Source: a virus (Duplodnaviria > Heunggongvirae > Uroviricota > Caudoviricetes). From it: a stretch of 12,090 bases of DNA. The notes below the pieces were generated by a model, which had not been told where the DNA came from, searched no databases, and saw only the letters and a list, made by a program, of their open reading frames with translations. Every line of letters begins with the position of its first letter. The first letter of the stretch is position 1. The stretch is from the IMG/VR virus record IMGVR_UViG_2778261395_000003. The stretch is one strand, 5' to 3'. Positions 7,990 through 12,090 of this stretch are shown here, one piece after another. The position numbers and the translations under genes were made by a program.

Positions 7990-8122
7990 TGCGCGCAATG
8001 ATGTCAGTTTGAGGGCATCAGGCATGGGGACACTACACAGTTTCATTTTTGTTATTAATTGTTTATCATATAAGTGTTTGTTTTTTGAACGGCATGTCGT
8101 GTGCTATATGGAGTGAATAGAA

Positions 8123-8392
8123 GTGACTAAATTTGACAAAAAAAAAGCAATTTCTATTTTAACAGAAAAAAAAGCCTTGCTCCCATGTCATCGGTGTGGA
8201 AATTCAAAGTTCATCATTTTGGATGGCATATCATCACTTCCATTAATGGAAAATATGGAAATGATTGGTAGTATTGTTGTTGGCGGAATGAATGCTCCTG
8301 TATTACATGTGGCATGTGAGAATTGTGGTGCAGTTACTTCACATTTGCTTGGGGCACTTGGTTTAATGCCGGAGATTAAATCAAATGACTAA
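8123..8392 (+). CDS. Small zinc-ribbon protein (89 aa), first gene of a two-gene cargo module
   Basis: GTG start with GGAG 8 nt upstream. Two C-x2-C pairs (CHRCG and CENCG) about 40 residues apart. AT-rich. Overlaps the next gene by 8 nt. Confidence 0.6.
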   Translation: MTKFDKKKAISILTEKKALLPCHRCGNSKFIILDGISSLPLMENMEMIGSIVVGGMNAPVLHVACENCGAVTSHLLGALGLMPEIKSND

Positions 8393-8855
8393 GGGTGTTT
8401 TTTTCTCTGATGAAGGTAGTGGTAAAAAAAGTGCTGTCTTGCATGGGGCGCAGGTTACAATAAACCCTGATTCGCAATTTACAAAAAAGATAATTAGGCA
8501 GACTGAGGTTGATGTTATTGTGATAAGTGATGATAAACTTCATATAATTTTGACGAATTGCTTATCTAAAATTGCATCATTAAACCGCTGGTCAACACCT
8601 TTGGGTATTTTAATTACCTTGGCGGTAACTATGTTAACCACAAATTTTAAGAATTTTATTCTTCAGGATTCTGTGTGGGAGGCTGTTTTCTGGATGCTTA
8701 TTTTTTTTAATATTATCTGGTTGGTGAAAAACATTCCATATAGACACTTATTTTTAACTGTTTGTCATTCTATAGGGGTTCGTAAAGATAAAAAAAGAAT
8801 TAGTGATGTATACCACATTATAGATATAATTAAACAAGGTGATACACGCTTTTGA
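8385..8855 (+). CDS. Small membrane protein (156 aa) with two predicted transmembrane helices, second gene of the cargo module
   Basis: Two hydrophobic stretches (WSTPLGILITLAVTMLTT and AVFWMLIFFNIIWLV) after a roughly 65-aa soluble N-terminal region. ATG overlaps the upstream gene's end. AT-rich. Confidence 0.65.
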   Translation: MTKGVFFSDEGSGKKSAVLHGAQVTINPDSQFTKKIIRQTEVDVIVISDDKLHIILTNCLSKIASLNRWSTPLGILITLAVTMLTTNFKNFILQDSVWEAVFWMLIFFNIIWLVKNIPYRHLFLTVCHSIGVRKDKKRISDVYHIIDIIKQGDTRF

Positions 8856-8888
8856 TTTAATATCAATATTTGATTGAGTATATAATAA

Positions 8889-8911
8889 AGCCGCCTGAGT
8901 TTATGGCGGCT
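8889..8911 (-). terminator. Hairpin downstream of the Q remnant, possible intrinsic terminator
   Basis: 7-bp GC-rich stem AGCCGCC/GGCGGCT with a 9-nt loop. On the minus strand it is followed by UUUAUUAUAU, immediately 3' of the Q stop. Confidence 0.4.
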
Positions 8912-8931
8912 AATATAGGGTGTGTGCTAAG

Positions 8932-9936
8932 TCATAATGTGTATTTGTTGAATCTAATTATTTCTTCGCCAACCCATTCATTAAGGGCAATAAAGCGAGA
9001 TTGAATAGGAGTAAGCTCATTGCGGACAAAGACCTTTGCCACTTTCTCAATATCACCCAGCGACCCGACGTTCTCCGGCTTGCCGCCCATCAACTGAAAG
9101 GGGATGCGGTGCGCGTCCAGCAGGTCAGCGGCGCTGGCTTTTTTGATATTAAAAAAATCGTCCTTCGTTGCCACTTCACTGAGCGGGATAATTTTAATGC
9201 CGTCGGCTTTCCCTTGCGGGGCATAGAGAAACAAATTTTTAAAGTTGTTGCGGCCTTTCGACTTCACCATGTTTTCGCGAAGCATTTCGATATCGTTGCG
9301 ATCCTGCACGGCATCGGTGACATACATGATGTATCCGGCATGAGCGCCGTTTTCGTAATACTTGCGGCGGAACAGCGTGGCCGACTCATTCAGCCAGGCA
9401 GAGTTAAGGGCGCTGAGATATTCCGGCAGGCCGTACAGCTCCTGATTGATATCCGGCTCCAGCAGGTGAAACACGGAGCCGGGCGCGAAGGCTGTCGGCT
9501 CGTTGAAGGACGGCACCCACCAGTAAACATCCTCCTCCACGCCACGGCGGGTATATTTTGCCGGTGAGGTTTCCAGTCTGATGACCTTACCGGTGGTGCT
9601 GTAACGCTTTTCCAGAAACGCATTACCGAACACCAGAAAATCCAGCACAAAGCGGCTGAAATCCTGCTGGGAAAGCCACGGATGCGGGATAAATGTCGAG
9701 GCCAGAATATTGCGTTTGACGTAAATCGGCGAGCTGTGATGCACGGCAGCACGCAGGCTTTTCGCCAGACCGGTAAAGCGAAACCGGTCACGCAGAAGAA
9801 AGCGCCAAAAGTACCGGAAGCGCGCGAAGGTGAATACATGGCCGGTGAGGCTGACAACGTTTTTGCCCTGACCACGGTATATGCCACGAAAGCGCAGGCC
9901 ATGCGCGCCGCTCAGGCGAAGTGGGACAAACTGCAA
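8932..9936 (-). pseudogene. Q: Portal protein gpQ-like remnant, N-terminally truncated and fused to antisense D sequence
   Basis: The C-terminal roughly 250 aa look like genuine protein. The first roughly 80 codons are R/F-rich low-complexity sequence lying antisense to the D-fragment frame, so the true 5' part of Q is probably missing. Confidence 0.7.
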
Positions 9937-10155
9937 CGGGGCGTCGCGGAGTTCTCCATCAGCCTGGCTACCGGTCGGGCTGATATTTACACGGAAACAC
10001 CGGTTAAAGTGTCAGGCTTTAAGCGCGTCATAGACGAGCAGGACTGGACAATCACTAAGGTGACACATTTTCTGAATAATAGCGGCTTCACGACGTCCTT
10101 AGAGCTTGAGGTCAGGCTTTCTGATGTGGAGTACGAAACAGAAGATTATGAGTGA
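9682..10155 (+). pseudogene. D: 3' fragment of tail gene D (gpD C-terminal region); yegZ-like remnant
   Basis: The C-terminal sequence (VSGFKRVIDEQDWTITKVTHFLNNSGFTTSLELEV) matches the conserved end of P2 gpD-family proteins as I recall it. The ORF is far too short for a full D (about 387 aa) and sits directly upstream of ogr. The first in-frame ATG within the clearly D-like part is at 9838. Confidence 0.7.
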
Positions 10156-10236
10156 TGTCTTTTGTTTATCTGTTTGTTTTGTAAGGATAAATTAACTAAA
10201 ATGGCACTATCAACAAAACCGGAAGAGGTGCTCGCG

Positions 10237-10455
10237 ATGTTTCATTGTCCTTTATGCCAGCATGCCGCACATGCGCGTACAAGCCGCTATATCACTGACA
10301 CGACAAAAGAGCGTTATCACCAGTGTCAGAACGTGAATTGCAGCGCCACGTTCATCACCTATGAGTCGGTACAGAGATACATCGTGAAGCCGGGAGAAGT
10401 CCACGCCGTAAGGCCGCACCCGTTGCCGTCAGGGCAGCAAATTATGTGGATGTAA
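10237..10455 (+). CDS. ogrK: Ogr-type zinc-finger late-gene transcription activator (72 aa)
   Basis: C-x2-C-x22-C-x4-C (CPLCQ ... CQNVNC) zinc-binding motif. 72 aa from ATG 10237. Last gene before attR and followed by a strong intrinsic terminator. Confidence 0.85.
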   Translation: MFHCPLCQHAAHARTSRYITDTTKERYHQCQNVNCSATFITYESVQRYIVKPGEVHAVRPHPLPSGQQIMWM

Positions 10456-10467
10456 TTAGAAACAGGA

Positions 10468-10493
10468 AGCCCCTCAGTCGAGGGGCTTTTTTT
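10468..10493 (+). terminator. Rho-independent terminator of ogr
   Basis: 8-bp stem AGCCCCTC/GAGGGGCT with a 4-nt loop, followed by seven T residues. Confidence 0.7.
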
Positions 10494-10498
10494 GTCGA

Positions 10499-10517
10499 TG
10501 TGGTCAATGTGTGGACG
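10499..10517. promoter_or_regulatory. Putative Int arm-type sites (P arm): TGTGGTCA and TGTGGACG, 11 bp apart
   Basis: Same motif family and spacing as the pair at 593-611. A near-consensus IHF-like site (TTTCAATTTGTTG, 10540-10552) lies between these and the core. Confidence 0.4.
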
Positions 10518-10557
10518 TGAACAGAAATAAATCCTTTTATTTCAATTTGTTGTACGT

Positions 10558-10584
10558 AAAAAATAAGCCCGTGTAAGGGAGATT
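10558..10584. repeat. attR core: 27-bp direct repeat identical to 478-504, overlapping the 3' end of cyaR
   Basis: Exact identity with 478-504. Coincides with the terminator and U-tract of the sRNA gene. Confidence 0.75.
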
Positions 10585-10644
10585 ACACAGGCTAAGGAGG
10601 TGGTTCCTGGTACAGCTAGCATTTTATGGGTTATGTTTTTCAGC
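10558..10644 (-). ncRNA. cyaR: CyaR (RyeE) Hfq-dependent small RNA, 87 nt
   Basis: The minus-strand sequence GCUGAAAAACAUAACCCAUAAAAUGCUAGCUGUACCAGGAACCACCUCCUUAGCCUGUGUAAUCUCCCUUACACGGGCUUAUUUUUU matches CyaR as I recall it. It contains the CCUCCUUAG anti-Shine-Dalgarno-like seed and a terminal hairpin (CCUGUGUAA / UUACACGGG) with a U-tract. Located between yegQ and ogrK as in E. coli. Confidence 0.85.
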
Positions 10645-10694
10645 GAAACGGATGATAACCTTAATAAATGCAGCTGTATGTGATCGGTTTCTAA
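10645..10694 (-). promoter_or_regulatory. cyaR promoter with candidate class II CRP site
   Basis: TGTGA-N6-TCTAA (10679-10694) is centred about 42 bp upstream of the inferred transcription start at 10644. A TATCAT-like -10 lies at 10652-10657. CyaR is a known CRP-cAMP-activated sRNA. Confidence 0.4.
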
Positions 10695-10728
10695 GAATTT
10701 TCCATCCGGGAAAAATAATCGAAATTAA

Positions 10729-12090
10729 TCACTTACCGTGTGGGTTACGCGTGGTTTCCCCGGAGAAATTACGCATCAGCAGAGCGTAATTGAGCTCAAG
10801 ATCCTGCGGGACCGGGAGCCACACAGTATAACCATCGCCTGGTGCGACCGGCATCGCTTCACCTTTGGCGTTTTCCATGTGCTCAAGGGTAAAGTTAATG
10901 TTGCCTTGCGGCGTCATCAGCTCAAGGCTGTCGCCAACGGAGAATTTATTTTTCACCGCTACCGCCGCGAGGTCCCCCTTGCGCTCACCGGTAAACTCAC
11001 CAACAAACTGCTGGCGGTCAGAAACTGAATAACCGTATTCGTAGTTCTGATAATCGTCGTGAGTATGACGACGCAGGAAACCTTCGGTATAGCCACGATG
11101 CGCCAGACCTTCCAGAGTTTCCAGCAGGCTGGTATCGAACGGTTTGCCCGCAGCGGCGTCATCGATAGCTTTACGGTAAACCTGTGCGGTGCGTGCGCAA
11201 TAGTAGAAAGATTTAGTACGGCCTTCGATTTTCAGCGAATGCACGCCCATTTTGGTCAGGCGTTCTACATGGGCGATGGCGCGCAGATCTTTCGAGTTCA
11301 TGATGTAAGTGCCGTGCTCATCTTCAAACGCGGTCATATACTCGCCCGGACGCTGGGCTTCTTCGATCATAAACACTTTGTCGGTTGGCGCGCCGATACC
11401 CAGCGTCGGCTCAACATTTTGCACCGGAATCGGCTCGTACTTGTGTACGATGTTGCCAACGTCATCTTCTTTCCCTTCCTGGACGTTGTACTCCCAGCGG
11501 CAGGCGTTGGTGCAGGTACCCTGGTTCGGATCGCGCTTGTTGATATAGCCAGAGAGCAGGCAGCGACCGGAGTAGGCCATGCACAGTGCGCCGTGAACGA
11601 AGATCTCGATCTCCATATCCGGCACCTGATTGCGGATCTCTTCAATCTCTTCCAGCGACAGCTCGCGAGAGAGGATCACGCGGGTCAGGCCCATTTGCTG
11701 CCAGAATTTCACCGTCGCCCAGTTTACGGCGTTAGCCTGCACCGAGAGGTGGATCGGCATTTCAGGGAAGTGCTCACGCACCAGCATAATCAGCCCTGGA
11801 TCGGACATAATCAGCGCATCCGGCCCCATTTCCACCACCGGTTTCAGGTCACGGATAAAGGTTTTCAGCTTGGCGTTGTGCGGTGCAATGTTGACCACGA
11901 CATAAAACTTTTTCCCCAGCGCGTGGGCTTCATTGATGCCGAGCTGAAGATTTTCGTGGTTGAATTCGTTGTTGCGCACACGCAGGGAGTAACGCGGCTG
12001 GCCCGCATAAACAGCATCTGCGCCATAAGCGAAAGCGTAACGCATATTTTTCAGCGTTCCCGCCGGGGAAAGGAGTTCCGGTTTAAACAT
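10729..12090 (-). CDS. yegQ: Peptidase U32 family protein YegQ/RlhA (453 aa, complete)
   Basis: Contains the U32 signature E-x-F-x2-G-[SA]-[LIVM]-C-x4-G-x-C-x-[LIVM]-S (EIFVHGALCMAYSGRCLLS). The ATG is the last codon of the window on the minus strand. Host-like GC content. Confidence 0.9.
   Translation of the reverse strand: MFKPELLSPAGTLKNMRYAFAYGADAVYAGQPRYSLRVRNNEFNHENLQLGINEAHALGKKFYVVVNIAPHNAKLKTFIRDLKPVVEMGPDALIMSDPGLIMLVREHFPEMPIHLSVQANAVNWATVKFWQQMGLTRVILSRELSLEEIEEIRNQVPDMEIEIFVHGALCMAYSGRCLLSGYINKRDPNQGTCTNACRWEYNVQEGKEDDVGNIVHKYEPIPVQNVEPTLGIGAPTDKVFMIEEAQRPGEYMTAFEDEHGTYIMNSKDLRAIAHVERLTKMGVHSLKIEGRTKSFYYCARTAQVYRKAIDDAAAGKPFDTSLLETLEGLAHRGYTEGFLRRHTHDDYQNYEYGYSVSDRQQFVGEFTGERKGDLAAVAVKNKFSVGDSLELMTPQGNINFTLEHMENAKGEAMPVAPGDGYTVWLPVPQDLELNYALLMRNFSGETTRNPHGK

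Larger units (their letters stand above)
478..10584. mobile_element. Defective P2-family prophage (about 10.1 kb) at the cyaR attachment site: early region, cos and ogr retained; morphogenesis and lysis genes deleted; two AT-rich cargo loci
   Basis: Bounded by a 27-bp direct repeat. Gene order and sizes of int, C, cox, B and A match P2. cos is present. Q and D are fragments fused head to head. No capsid, terminase, tail or lysis ORFs are present. Confidence 0.8.

Noticed and set aside
7895-8116. 73-aa ORF covering the cos region
   Set aside because: It lies on the conserved non-coding cos sequence, and its translation is Gly/Arg/Ala-rich low complexity.
9001-9902. ORFs of 188 aa (+) and 170 aa (-) within the Q remnant
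   Set aside because: They are antisense or out of frame to the portal-like ORF, with low-complexity translations.
430-10644. tRNA gene at the integration site
   Set aside because: I looked for one because tyrosine integrases often target tRNA 3' ends. No cloverleaf-capable sequence flanks either repeat; the target is the 3' end of the sRNA cyaR.
10738-11905. Five ORFs of 67-96 aa inside yegQ
   Set aside because: They are nested in or antisense to the complete 453-aa U32 peptidase gene.
1-12090. CRISPR array or IS element
   Set aside because: There are no regularly spaced short repeats, no terminal inverted repeats and no transposase-like ORF. The only significant direct repeats are the att blocks and the arm-site pairs.

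Overview
This window reads as an E. coli-like chromosomal locus holding a degraded P2-family prophage between two host genes: a yegR-like lipoprotein gene (1-318, +) on the left, and the sRNA gene cyaR (10558-10644, -) plus the peptidase-U32 gene yegQ/rlhA (10729-12090, -) on the right. The element is bounded by a perfect 27-bp direct repeat (478-504 and 10558-10584) that is the 3' end of cyaR. The P2-type early region looks intact: int and C on the minus strand, then cox, orf78, B, four small ORFs and the rolling-circle initiator A on the plus strand. After A come an AT-rich 440-aa orphan gene, a P2/P4-type cos site (7971-7989), and a second AT-rich cargo pair (zinc-ribbon protein plus two-TM membrane protein). 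A portal (Q) remnant is then fused by deletion to the 3' end of tail gene D, followed by the late activator ogr. All capsid, terminase, tail and lysis genes are absent. The two AT-rich cargo loci flank cos, where P2 carries its tin/old exclusion genes, and are the best candidates here for an undescribed anti-phage function. No tRNA, rRNA, CRISPR array or IS element was seen. All family assignments rest on motifs, sizes and synteny read from the sequence and on recall; no database search was run.
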